From Pristiophorus japonicus (taxonomy: Eukaryota), in contig NC_091989.1 in the NCBI RefSeq assembly GCF_044704955.1, positions 35,898,001 to 35,962,000 on the forward strand: 64,000 bases of DNA, given 5' to 3'. The position numbers and the translations under genes are program-made. The notes beneath the pieces are model-generated. The model saw only the letters and a program-made list of their open reading frames with translations. It was not told the DNA's origin and did no database searches. Below, one piece after another: positions 35,276 to 47,294 of the stretch. Position 1 is the stretch's first letter, and each line of letters opens with the position of its first letter.

Positions 35276-35465
35276 CACACCTGTGAGCATTCTCACAGGC
35301 GCATACATTACCACTTTGAGACGTCTGGTGGTCATGAAAGGCGCTATATAAATCCAAGTCTTTCTTTCTTCAGGTCTAAAGCAAATGCTGTATCTAACTG
35401 TACTAGCAGCACTTTCAGAGTTTTACACTTAATAAAAACAGATCAAAATACTATTTATCTATGTT

Positions 35466-38345
35466 GAAACATAGAAACATAGAAACATAGAAAATAGGTG
35501 CAGGAGCAGGCCATTCAGCCCTTCTAGCCTGCACCGCCATTCAACGAGTTCATGGCTGAACATGAAACTTCAGTACCCACTTCCTGCTTTCACGCCATAC
35601 CCCTTGATCCCCCGAGTAGTAAGGACTTCATCTAACTCCCTTTTGAATATATTTAGTGAATTGGCCTCAACTACTTCCTGTGGTAGAGAATTCCACAGGT
35701 TCACCACTCTCTGGGTGAAGAAGTTTCTCCTTATCTCGGTCCTAAATGGCTTACCCCTTATCCTTAGACTGTGACCCCTGGTTCTGGATTTCCCCAACAT
35801 TGGGAACATTCTTCCTGCATCCAACCTGTCCAAACCCGTCAGAATCTTAAACGTTTCTATGAGGTCCCCTCTCACTCTTCTGAACTCCAGTGAATACAAG
35901 CCCAGTTGATTCAGTCTTTCTTGATAGGTCAGTCCCACCATCCCGGGAATCAGTCTGGTGAATCTTCGCTGCACTCCCTCAACAGCAAGTATGTCCTTCC
36001 TCAAGTTAGGAGACCAAAACTGTACACAATACTCCAGGTGTGGCCTCACCAAGGCCCTGTACAACTGTAGCAACACCTCCCTGCCCCTGTACTCAAATCC
36101 CCTCGCTATGAAGGCCAACATGCCATTTGCTTTCTTAACCGACTGCTGTACCTACATGCCAACCTTCAATGACTGATGTACCATGAAACCAAGGTCTCGT
36201 TGCACCTTCCCTTTTCCTAATCTGTCACCATTCAGATAATAGTCTGTCTCTCTGTTTTTACCACCAAAGTGGATAACCTCACATTTATCCACATTATACT
36301 TCATCTGCCACGCATTTGCCCACTCACCTAACCTATCCAAGTCACTCTGTAGCCTCATAGCATCCTCCTCGCAGATCACACTGCCACCCAACTTAGTGTC
36401 ATCCGCAAATTTGGAGATACTACATTTAATCCCTTCGTCTAAATCATTAATGTATAATGTAAACAGCTGGGGCCCCAGCACAGAACCCTGTGGTACCCCA
36501 CTAGTCACTGCCTGCCATTCCGAAAAGTACCCATTTACTCCTACTCTTTGCTTCCTGTCTGACAACCAGTTCTCAATCCACGTCAGCACACTACCCCCAA
36601 TCCCATGTGCTTTAACTTTGCACATTAATCTCCTGTGTGGGACCTTGTCGAAAGCCTTCTGAAAGTCCAAATATACCACATCAACTGGTACTCCTTTGTC
36701 CACTTTATTGGAAACATCCTCAAAAAATTCCAGAAGATTTGTCAAGCATGATCTCCCTTTTACAAATCCATGCTGACTTGGACCTATCATGTCACCATTT
36801 TCCAAATGCGCTGCTATGACATCCTTAATAATTGATTCCATCATTTTACCCACTACTGAGGTCAGGCTGACCGGTCTATAATTCCCTGCTTTCTCTCTCC
36901 CTCCTTTTTTAAAAAGTGGGGTTACATTGGCTACCCTCCACTCGATAGGAACTGATCCAGAGTCAATGGAATGTTGGAAAATGACTGTCAATGCATCCGC
37001 TATTTCCAAGGCCACCTCCTTAAGTACTCTGGGATGCAGTCCATCAGGCCCTGGGGATTTATCGGCCTTCAATCCCATCAATTTCCCCAACACAATTTCC
37101 CGACTAATAAAGATTTCCCTCAGTTCCTCCTCCTTAATAGACCCTCTGACCACTTTTATATCCGGAAGGTTGTTTGTGTCCTCCTTAGTGAATACTGAAC
37201 CAAAGTACTTGTTCAATTGGTCTGCCATTTCTTTGTTCCCCGTTATGACTTCCCCTGATTCTGACTGCAGGGGACCTACGTTTGTCTTTACTAACCTCTT
37301 TCTCTTTACATACCTATAGAAACTTTTGCAATCCGCCTTAATGTTCCCTGCAAGCTTCTTCTCGTACTCCATTTTCCCTACCCTAATCAAACCCTTTGTC
37401 CTCCTCTGCTGAGTTCTAAATTTCTCCCAGTCCCCAGGTTCGCTGCTATTTCTGGCCAATTTGTATGCCACTTCCTTGGCTTTAATACTATCCCTGATTT
37501 CCCTAGATAGCCACGGTTGAGCCACCTTCCCTTTTTTATTTTTACGCCAGACAGGAATGTACAATTGTTGTAATTCATCCATGCGTTCTCTAAATGTCTG
37601 CCATTGCCCATCCACAGTCAACCCCTTAAGTATCATTAGCCAATCTATCTTAGCCAATTCATGCCTCATACCTTCAAAGTTACCCTTCTTTAAGTTCTGG
37701 ACCATGGTCTCTGAATTAACTGTTTCATTCTCCATCCTAATGCAGAATTCCACCATATTATGGTCACTCTTCCCCAAGGGGCCTCGCACAATGAGATTGC
37801 TAATTAATCCTCTCTCATTACACAACACCCAGTCTAAGATGGCCTCCCCCCTAGTTGGTTCCTCGACATATTGGTCTAGAAAACCATCCCTTATGCATTC
37901 CAGGAAATCCTCCTCCACCGTATTGCTTCCAGTTTGGCTAGCCCAATCTATGTGCATATTAAAGTCACCCATTATAACTGCTGCACCTTTATTGCATGCA
38001 CTCCTAATTTCCTGTTTGATGCCCTCCCCAACATCACTACTACTGTTTGGAGGTCTGTACACAACTCCCACTAACGATTTTTGCCCTTTAGTGTTCTGCA
38101 GCTCTACCCATATAGATTCCACATCATCCAAGCTAATGTCTTTCCTAACTATTGCATTAATCTCCTCTTTAACCAGCAATGCTACCCCACCTCCTTTTCC
38201 TTTTATTCTATCCTTCCTGAATGTTGAATACCCCTGGATGTTGAGTTCCCAGCCCTGATCATCCTGGAGCCACGTCTCCGTAATCCCAATCACATCATAT
38301 TTGTTAACATCTATTTGCACAATTAATTCATCCACCTTATTGCGG
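35466..38345 (-). mobile_element. Young CR1 LINE, 5'-truncated ORF2 with a single nonsense codon
   Basis: 727-aa ORF 36152..38335 and the in-frame 183-aa ORF 35570..36121 are separated by one CAG>TAG. Tail (gaaacata)n at 35466. Near-identical to 29773-32648. Confidence 0.95.
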
Positions 38346-39189
38346 CAGTTGAGGCTGAGACTAATCTCTCATTATGATTTATCAAAAGGAGCAACATTGT
38401 GAATAATTTACCTACTTGGCTTATCTGGTTTGCATAAGTATAATTGGCAGCATGAAACTAGCTCTATAACACCAAGTTGGATGGTAATATAACTGGGATA
38501 TTATGCTCCTTTTAATAACAGAAACACACTGTATATTCCCAATGTACGTATTGCACATATTTTGAGTAAAATCAGAATAATTTGATGTTTCGTAGTTAGA
38601 TTAATGTATTGCTCTCCTGTCCAATTGTCTTTAACTGGACAGTGAAGAAAAATGAGAACAGCTAATGTATTGTAAATAATTCAAGAACAGCTAAACACCT
38701 GAAACAATTGTCCAGTCAGAATAATTTGTCACTGTGATAGAACAAGTGTGCTGTTCTCTTTCAAATTATAAATTATTTCTGTATTGTATCTTTTCATTTG
38801 AATGATAGCTAGCCCTAGACATGAATTAAAAAAAAATATAAGCAGTGGCTACTGATTCTGATACGATCTCCCTTCTCCTTTGGCTTGATTCAAGAGCTTG
38901 ATGGACAGCAAATCCACGCTGAGGGTTTGATACTGAACGACTTGCTTTTGTTGATGTCTTTGTCCCTCATCATATTCAGAGCAGCTGGCCTGGCACCTCA
39001 GGCTTATGAAATGTTAATTTGTGCAAGCTTGCCTCTGCGAGAGGAGATATATAATGGCTACTTAGGACCAAGCTATTTGTAATGTCTGTCAAGTATTCGC
39101 AAAGTCAAAACTTAGAGGTGTCAAAAGACACATCATTCATGCTTTAAATGCCTGGAAAATATAAAGGAAGAAAATCTATTTTTCAATCT

Positions 39190-39755
39190 GCCTGTTGATA
39201 AAAGGATCAAAGCCTCTCCATCAGCTACAAGGCATAAGTCAGGAGTGTGATGGAGTGCTCGCCACTTGCCTGGATGAGTGCATCTCCAACAACACTCAAG
39301 AAACTCGACACCATCCAGGACAAAGCATCCAAGCATCCTGTTTTTGATTGGAATTTCATCCATTAAACATCCACGCCCTCCATCACCAGTGTACCGTGGC
39401 TGCAGTGTGTACTATTTACAGGTTGCACTGCAGCAACTCGTCAAGGCTTCTTCAGCAGCTCCCCCCAAACCCGCCACCTCTACCACCTAGAAGGATCAAG
39501 GCAGCAGGTGCATGGGAACACCACCATCTCCAAGTCCCACACCATCTCGACGTGAACATATATCGCCATTCCTTTATTGTCGCTGCGTCATAACCCTGGA
39601 ACACCCTAACTAACTGCATTGTGGGAGTAACTTCACCATACAGACTTCATCGGTTCAAGAAGGCGGCCCACCACCATTTTCTCAAAGGAATCTAGGGATG
39701 CGCAATAAATGTAGCCATTGTCAGCGAGGCCCACGTCCAGAGAATGAATCATAAA
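39190..39755 (+). mobile_element. CR1-group LINE 3' fragment
   Basis: Decayed YKA-VRSVME-SPLAWMSA-PTTLKKLDTIQDKA; tail ttcaagaaggcggcccaccaccattttctcaa...gaatgaat. Confidence 0.7.
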
Positions 39756-41427
39756 AATGGTGATATCTGTCACATTAGAAGTAATCAGCATTCAAAATTA
39801 TTAGCACAAGCTTGTTTTTCCATTACCTTGAAACTACTAAATTAACATGTGATAACATTATAATCAAGGCTATGACATTTTACGGCTGCAGTCACCATCT
39901 CTCCCGTAGAATATCAAGTTTACTCCAAAAATTGTCTGGTGGCATACATTAGCAAAATAATTTGGAAATGTAACAATTGGTACCTTTCCGCTTTCTAAAG
40001 CGACAGCACTGACAGCAGTGTGGCTGAGCGTTCAGCTTCACCAGGTGATGGTAAGTTGATTATGCCCAGTACCTTTTGTTGCACAGCAGTCTGTGTAATA
40101 ACAGTTCCTTTCTGTTACACTGGGATCAGATTACAGGGATACACAACTATGGTGACCAGAATCTGTCAACATCCAGACGGAGAAATATGTGAGAAACCAA
40201 TAGCTGTACACCCCAGTCTCTCAGAAACAGCACTCTGTACATTACCTGGTGATTCAAACATTTCTTCTGCTGCTGCTGTTTCCAAACGTACTTCATTACT
40301 AGAATGGAATGTTTTGTTACTCAGTAAAAGGTTACAATGTGTTTTTTTTTAAGATTCAGACATTATCTATTCTCTTTTTCATGTTCCAAATGCAGTTTCC
40401 ATAGGCAGGTCTGCATCTCCTATGTTCTGAAAGTTACACTCTTGAGTGCTGTGAATGGCACATGATTACCAATTACCTTTTACTGCAATAGTTTGCACAG
40501 GTTAGGATGCCTGCCATCCTATCCATTACAAAAGGAGAAAAACACTACGCTGTCAGACCATAACATTCAAGCTAAAACTCAGTCAGATTTACTTACTATA
40601 ATTATGATTATACAGAAGCAAAAGGAATACAGTAGATAATCGGCAAAATAATGCCGGATCCACACAATACAGTTAACTCTCTCAAGTGTGATGAAGTGTC
40701 AAAAATTGTGGAGTTCTTTTCAGAATCTTTTAGCTGAGGCTTTATGGAAACAAGACAAGCCAACACAGTACAATTACACCCATGTTTACTGTCTTGAAAA
40801 GATGACAAATTCATACAGGATGCTCAACTGGAGTATAAATGCATCCTGGCAGCTGCCAGTGTGCTCCACATGGAGTCCTCATAATGATTTAGGGTCAGTG
40901 GAGATCCCAATAATGGACCGAAATCTTCAGTCCAATGTAACCAATCCCAGAATAGTCTAAAATTCCTCCATAGCTTTTCCACAATACCAAAGTAGGTTTA
41001 ACAGCAATGGGAAGCTGTTTCTGCCACTGTCCATATAAATAATAGGTGACACAGTGTTCTGACACTTTTAACATTGCCATATGTAAATTGTACTTAATTC
41101 TTCAGGCTCGTTAACTGTTCAAAATGTTCCTTCAACAAATAACTTAATTAGTTGACATACTGGGTGAGAATGTACCCAAGCAGCAATATATCTGTCTTTA
41201 TATATATTAAAAAAGTTCAGGTCTGTAGGGGCTTTCATTAAACTTTAGATACCCAGCTGTTATAATACCTGCTTGTAACTTTGACTTCTATAGTATGTAG
41301 TACTTTTTTTCCTGGGGAATTTCTGCTTGGCATTACAATATCTTGTAGAAAATATTGACTAAGTACAGAATGAAGCCTCAAGTTTTTGCAAAGATCATTA
41401 GTGCTCAAAATGTTGTCATTGTAATAT

Positions 41428-41852
41428 CATCATCTGAGGCGGTCCCTCGAACGAGGATGACTTGCTTCCACGAGAGTTCACAGATGTTTCAATGAAGGAC
41501 CTGATGTTCCAGTCCTGAACTCTAGTTGAGGGGGTGGAAGATGCCTGTGTGTGGATTTTTTAACGTGTGGTGACCGTTGCACATCAGCCACCACACGAGC
41601 TTGAGAGAGCTCGGCCTTTATCCAATGGCAAGGGTTAACCAGGACGACTAGAGATCTGCTCGGCTGCACGGACCTAGTGCGCACACATATTGCAGTGTGG
41701 GCAGGTCCATGCTGCCCCTGGGCCCTCGGCTCTTCTGGGCCCCATACCCACATTCACCGCACCTCCGCCACAATGTTCCAGGGCCCGGCGCTCCATCTCT
41801 ATTTATAGCCCCGACCTGCGGTGGTGTTCTCACACAGGTCGGGGCAACCCAC
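41428..41852 (-). mobile_element. Non-autonomous bipartite RTE-derived element
   Basis: 3' tail gtggaagcaagtcatcctcgttcgagggaccgcc...gatgatga resembles the RTE tail at 8046-8070. Flanked by cattgtaata repeats. Confidence 0.7.
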
Positions 41853-42659
41853 CATTGTAATACCAACATTGTAATACCTGTAATACCTCATTGTAATACC
41901 AACAGTAATGGATACCTGTTGACAAAACATGCTGCTGAATTTATTGAAACACTCACTTGTCAACCCTCCCAGCACCATTTCAGTGCCTTTTTTCCCTACA
42001 TTACAAAAGCGATTCTGCTTTAAAATGCACTTCATTGGCTGTTAGTGGTTTGGACTATATAAATGCAAGTTCTTTCCAACTTCCTAATGTTTAACATGTC
42101 CCCTGGTGTTTCATCCTTTCACCACAATGAACAAGATCAATTTTGTCCATTCCCTGAATCAATTTTTGCTTGAATTAATATTGCATGGATCAATTTTGAC
42201 AATTCCCTTCAGAATCTTGAAAATGTCAAACAGGCAACCTCAGATTCACTTCTTTGAGGAAAACAGGCTGAGCTAAATTCCTCAGAATAGGAATCATCCT
42301 TTGTCGAGATTGCTGTGAGCATTTCAGCTTTTTTTTTCATTTCTTATTGTGCTTTTATTCCTGCTGTTGGGTAGGCAAGAGACACGGTAGAAATTTTAGC
42401 ATAGCTGTTTTTTTTAATCCATCCTTAGTGACACAATGGCTTTGGCATCAGAAATCCCCCTATTTGTGTGCTCTTTGGCTCTTTGGATGAAGAGGAGGGC
42501 CAACAGATTTGCCAGGCAAATCAGGCTGTACCCACTTGCAGTGTACTCTGCACACCCGACCAGTTCTATCCTAAAATGGCAATCGGACCCTGATTTGAAT
42601 TAGTGATAGGGACAATAAAATCGACGCCTATCCTTCTGATCAGCTTTATCCTTGCTTCT

Positions 42660-43091
42660 AGCCATTCATGGAATATACAGCACAGCAGGAGGTCATTGGG
42701 CCCATTGTGCTTGAGCAGGCCTTTGGTAGAGCTAGCCAATTAATCCCACGCCCTGCTCTTTCCCCATAGCTCTGTAAATTGCTTTTCCTTCAAGTATTTA
42801 CCCAATTCTCTTTTGAATATGACTATTGAATCTGCTTCCACCACCCTTTCAGGCAATACATTCCAGATCACAACAGCTCGCTGTGTAAAACAATGTTTCC
42901 TCATGTTGCCTCTGGTTCTTTTGACAATTACCTTAAATCTGTTTCCTCTGGTTACTGACCCTTCTGCCATTGGAAACAGTTTCTCCTTATTTACTCTATC
43001 AAAACCATTCATGATTTTGAACAACTCTATCGAATCACCTCTTAACCTTCTCTGCTCTAAGGAGAACCCCGGCTTCTGCAGTCTCTCCACA
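42660..43091 (-). mobile_element. CR1 3' fragment
   Basis: FSLEQRRLRGDSIELFKIMNGFDRV...WNVLPERVVEA. Confidence 0.85.
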
Positions 43092-43127
43092 TAACGTTTC
43101 AGGTCGAAGACTTTTCGTCAGAACTGG
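43092..43127 (-). ncRNA. Degenerate minimal type I hammerhead ribozyme motif (Penelope-like-element associated)
   Basis: Minus strand cagtt-CTGACGA-aaagtc-ttc-gacct-GAAA-cgtta: CUGANGA box, stem II hairpin, GAAA box, palindromic AACGTT. Confidence 0.5.
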
Positions 43128-43287
43128 CCATCAACCTGAAATATTAACCTTGGTTCTCACACCACAGATGCTTCCTGAGCTGCTGTGCATTACGAGCATT
43201 TTCTGCTTTTTTAATAGCTTTCTCAACTTGTCCTGCCACCTTCAAAGATTTGTGCACATACAACCCCAGATCTCCCTGCTCCTGCAC

Positions 43288-43452
43288 CAGTGTTCCCTGT
43301 AACGTGTGAGGCCACGTACTGCTCCACGGAAATCTACGCAGCCGGCTTGCCAGCATTTCAATGTAGAAACCACCCATGTGTGGTTATTTGAATGGCTCGT
43401 GCAGCCCCTTAAAGGGGCCGTGCAGCGCCAAAATAAATTAAAGGGAACATAG
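43288..43452. mobile_element. hAT-type MITE
   Basis: TIRs cagtgttccct / agggaacatag and an 8-bp TSD tcctgcac / tccagcac. Inserted in a CR1 fragment. Confidence 0.8.
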
Positions 43453-44090
43453 TCCAGCACCCCCTTTAAAATTGGACCATTTGATTTATATTGCCTCTTC
43501 CCATTCTGCCTACAAAATGTATCATTTCACACTTCTCTGCGTTAAATGTTATCTGCCGTGTACCTGCCCATTTCACCAGTCTGTCTATGTCCTCCTGAAG
43601 TCTGTTACTATTTGTCTCATTGTTTACTACATTTCTGAGTTTCGACTGATTTGAAAAGTGCTAAATGATCACTTTATTGCATGAGATTAGACATCTTAAT
43701 GTTGGAAAATGGTGCCCTTCGTCCATCGTAAAATTGGGTTATCACCATTACATCTGTCCATATCTTTGAAGGTAGAATATAGCACTAAGATTATTGCCTG
43801 TAGCCAGGTAAATATTTGCATTGCAACTGAACAACTGGGAGTTACTAGTGTTTTAGGATCTAGAGATTATAGACCCAAATGCATTTTGCCATGAAACCAA
43901 GCAAGCATGATTCCTCCCCTGTTCACTGCTAATCATATGACTTCAATGCTCTGGAGGCAAAAAGATCCTTCAAAAGGTTATATCTATATTCCTCGTGGGG
44001 GAATGAGGCTAACTGTTAGCATCACTGTCAATGGCAGCCCAAATGACAATCTATGCTTTCCAAAGAGCTAGCTTGTGCAGCTCTGCATTC

Positions 44091-44263
44091 ACGCACAAGC
44101 ATCTTCCATCATTTAAAATGAAGTTCGGGGCCTGGAACCTCAGGACCCTCATGGACAACACCTGTGATAGAGACTGTAGGTCCCACATCGGACTCATCAC
44201 CTGAGAACTCATTTTTAGTGTGGAAGCAAGTCATCCTCGACCCTGAGGGACTGCCGAAGAAGA
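44091..44263 (+). mobile_element. Bipartite RTE-derived short element
   Basis: ATGAAGTTCGGGGCCTGGAACCTCAGGACC (MKFGAWNLRT, start of an RTE endonuclease) joined within ~100 nt to the RTE 3' tail gtggaagcaagtcatcctcgaccctgagggactgcc. Confidence 0.7.
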
Positions 44264-44294
44264 TTTCAGAAGGGACAACCTAGATGTTGTTGTT

Positions 44295-44425
44295 CTGACG
44301 GAACGTCATCGACCTGAAACGTTAACTCTGTTTCTTGCTCCACAGATGCTGCCTGACCCGCTAAGTATTTCCAGCACTTTCTGTTTTTATTTCAGATTTC
44401 CAGCATCCGCAGTATTTTGCTTTTG
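44295..44425 (+). mobile_element. Short repeat with degenerate hammerhead core and 14-bp TSD
   Basis: CTGACGG-aacgtc-atc-gacct-GAAA-cgttaact...cagatgctgcctgacccgct; flanks tagatgttgttgtt / tagatgttgctgtt. Confidence 0.65.
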
Positions 44426-44611
44426 TAGATGTTGCTGTTATCTGTCATACATCAGGACACTTGGCATACAATGCTGTGAAGTGAGGGCTTGCACACTTCT
44501 CCCATGGTCCTACCACATGAACACTTCAGTTGAAACCAGAGAACCACGACTAGAAAGAATTCTGAAAGGGCTGGCCAGCTCTTAGCACAAATGTGGTTGA
44601 ACAATCGATTA

Positions 44612-46282
44612 CATAAGAACATAAGAAATAGGAGCAGGAGTAGGCCATACGGTCCCTCGAGCCTGCTCCGCCATTTAATACGATCATGGCTGATCCGATC
44701 ATGGACTCAGGTCCACTTCCCTGCCTGTTCCCCATAACACCTTATCGTTTAAGAAACTGTCTATTTCTGTCTTAAATTTATTCAATGTCCGAGCTTCCAC
44801 AGCTCTCTGAGGCAGTGAATTCCACAAATTTACAACCCTCTGAGAGAAGAAATTTCTCCTCGTCTCAGTTTTAAAGAGGTGTCCCCTTATGCTAAGATTA
44901 TGCCCTCTAGTTCTAGTCTCCCCCATCAGTAGAAACATCCTCTCTGCATCCAGCTTGTCAAGCCCCCTCATAATCTTATACGTTTTAATAAGATCACCTC
45001 TTATTCTTCTGAATTCCAATGAGTAGAGGCCCAACCTACTCAACCTTTCCTCATAAGTCAATCCCCTCATCTCCGGAATCAACCTAGTGAACCTTCTCTG
45101 AACTGCCTCCAAAGCAAGTATATCCTTTCATAAATATGGAAACCAAAACTGCACACAGTATTCCAGGTGTGGCCTCACCAATACCCTGTATAGCTGTAGC
45201 AAGACTTCCCTGCTTTTATATTCTATCCCCTTTGCAATAAAGGCCAAGATTCCATTGGCCTTCCTGATCATTTGCTGTACCTGCATACTATCCTTTTGTG
45301 TTTCATGCACAAGTGCCCCCAGGTCCCGCTCTACTGCAGCACTTTGCAATCTTTCTACATTTAAATAATAACTTGCTCTTTGATTTTTTTTTCTGCCAAA
45401 GTGCATGACCTCACACTTTCCCACATTATACTCCATCTGCCAATTTTTTGCCCACTCACTTCGCCTGTCTATGTCCTTTTGCAGATTTTTTGTGTCCTCC
45501 TCACACATTGCTTTTCCTCCCATCTTTGTATTATCAGCAAACTTGGCTATGTTACACTCAGTCCCTTCTTCCAAGTCGTTAATATAAGATTGTAAATAGT
45601 TAGGGTCCCAGCACTGATCCCTGCAGCACCCCACTAGTTACTGATTGCCAACATTTATGAACCATTTATCCCAACTCTTTGTTTTCTGTTAGTTAGCCAA
45701 TCCTCTATCCATGCTAATATATTACCCCCAACCCCGTTAACTTTTATCTTGTGCAATAACCTTTTACGTGGCACCTTGTCAAATGCCTTCTGGAAGTCCA
45801 AATACACCACATCCACTGGTTCCCCTTTATCCACCCTGTTCGTTACATCCTCAAAGAATTCCAGCAAATTTGTCAAACATGACTTCCCCTTCATAAATCC
45901 ATGCGGACTCTGCCTGACCAAATTTTGCTTTTCCAAATGTCCTGCTACTGCTTCTTTAATAATGGACACCAACATTTTCCCAACCACAGATGTTAGGCTA
46001 ACTGGTCTATAGTTTCCTGCTTTTTGTCTGCCTTCTTTTTTAAATAGGGGTGTTACATTTGCAGTTTTACAATCTGCTGGGACCTCCCCAGAATCCAGGG
46101 AATTTTGGTAAATTACTACCAATGCATCCACAATCCCTGCTGTTACTTCTCTTAAGACCCTAGGGTGTAAACCATCAGATCCAGGGAATTTATCTGCCTT
46201 TAGTCCCATTATCTTACTGAGTACCACCTCCTTAGTGATTGTGATTGTGTTAAGTTCCTCCTCCCCTATAGCCCCTTGACTG
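44612..46282 (-). mobile_element. CR1 LINE, 5'-truncated, frameshifted
   Basis: RT ORFs 45655..46227, 45128..45634 and 44699..45112; tail acataagaacataag. Confidence 0.92.
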
Positions 46283-46844
46283 TTTAAGCGTGCCTGGAGG
46301 TGCGAAACCGGAGGCCTGCACGTTTAGCACTCCAGAGCTGATTAGGAGCAATTTTCGTGCAGAGGTGTACGTAACCTCCACGCATGCACTTGCATCAAGA
46401 TTACTGCAAATAACATTCTAAATATAAATCTGGATGTGAAGTGCAAAGCCCTTGTTAATTCAGTCATTTTTTGTGCCCTCAAAATGTTAATTATCCAGTG
46501 ATTTTAATTAAAAGAACAAATTAACAAGAGACTGTACTGGTTGCCATCAGAATTTGAACATAGATAGTGAATTCAGTTCCATGTCTTTAATGAAATATTG
46601 GGGTATATGCATTTATGTTCATCTTACCATTTATTTTATCTGCTTCTGTTAATCTTGAATTAAAGATTCAAGTGCACAACTTCATCCAACAAGCTTAGTT
46701 TGTGCCTCTTCCCATACAGTCTGAGTATTGTCTTGCATTGTAGCAATTGAGTGTATTATCAAATTAATTAACCTGATCATTTAAGTATTTTCTGCATATT
46801 AGTAGTGACAAGTCTTTCCACTCATATGAAAATAGAATAGCCTT

Positions 46845-47165
46845 TTCTTACTTGGCTCAGTGGTAGCATCTTGCCTCCACATCAGTAGGTTGTGGCTTCA
46901 AGCTCTACTCAGAAGTTGGCCTTTCAGTGAAGTACTGAGTGGGAGGTATTGTCTTTTAGATGAGGCATTAAACAGTTCGCCATTTCGGGTGGATGTAGAA
47001 GATCCTGTGGCACTTTTCGAAGAGTAGTTCTCCCAGTGTCCTGACGAACACTTAATTGCTCAACCAGCAAGACAACAGCAGCTTATCTGGGCACTTATTT
47101 CAGTGTTTTCGTGGGACTTTGCTGTGTGCAAATTGGCTGCCACAGTTGCCCACACTTCAAAGTGC
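46845..47165 (+). mobile_element. DeuSINE, degenerate
   Basis: A-box tggctcagtgg, B-box-like gcttcaagctc and Deu domain remnants. Confidence 0.7.
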
Positions 47166-47294
47166 TGTAGAAATAGAAGTTCTTTCTGATTTTCCTCTTA
47201 ATGATGAAGTTGTGCAGTTGAATCTTGATTCAAGATTAACATAAGCAGATAAAATAAATGACAAGATGAACATGAACACATATACCCCAATATT

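Larger units (their letters stand above)
43470..46453. repeat. Right arm of inverted duplication, interrupted by several insertions
   Basis: Reverse complement of 13306-13804 plus 18221-18625. Insertions at ~44091-44263 (RTE-derived), 44295-44425 (hammerhead-bearing repeat), 44612-46282 (CR1) and a short unassigned piece at ~46283-46392. Confidence 0.9.

Noticed and set aside
38885-41100. Short ORFs in relatively repeat-poor sequence as exons of another gene
   Set aside because: No recognisable homology, consistent reading frame or convincing splice-site pairs by eye. A blastx search would be needed to exclude a decayed gene.
41165-41200. Possible third G-alpha first exon (minus strand reads ...KTDILLLG)
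   Set aside because: Upstream sequence is AT-rich with no MG start 118 nt away and no helix similarity; a chance match.
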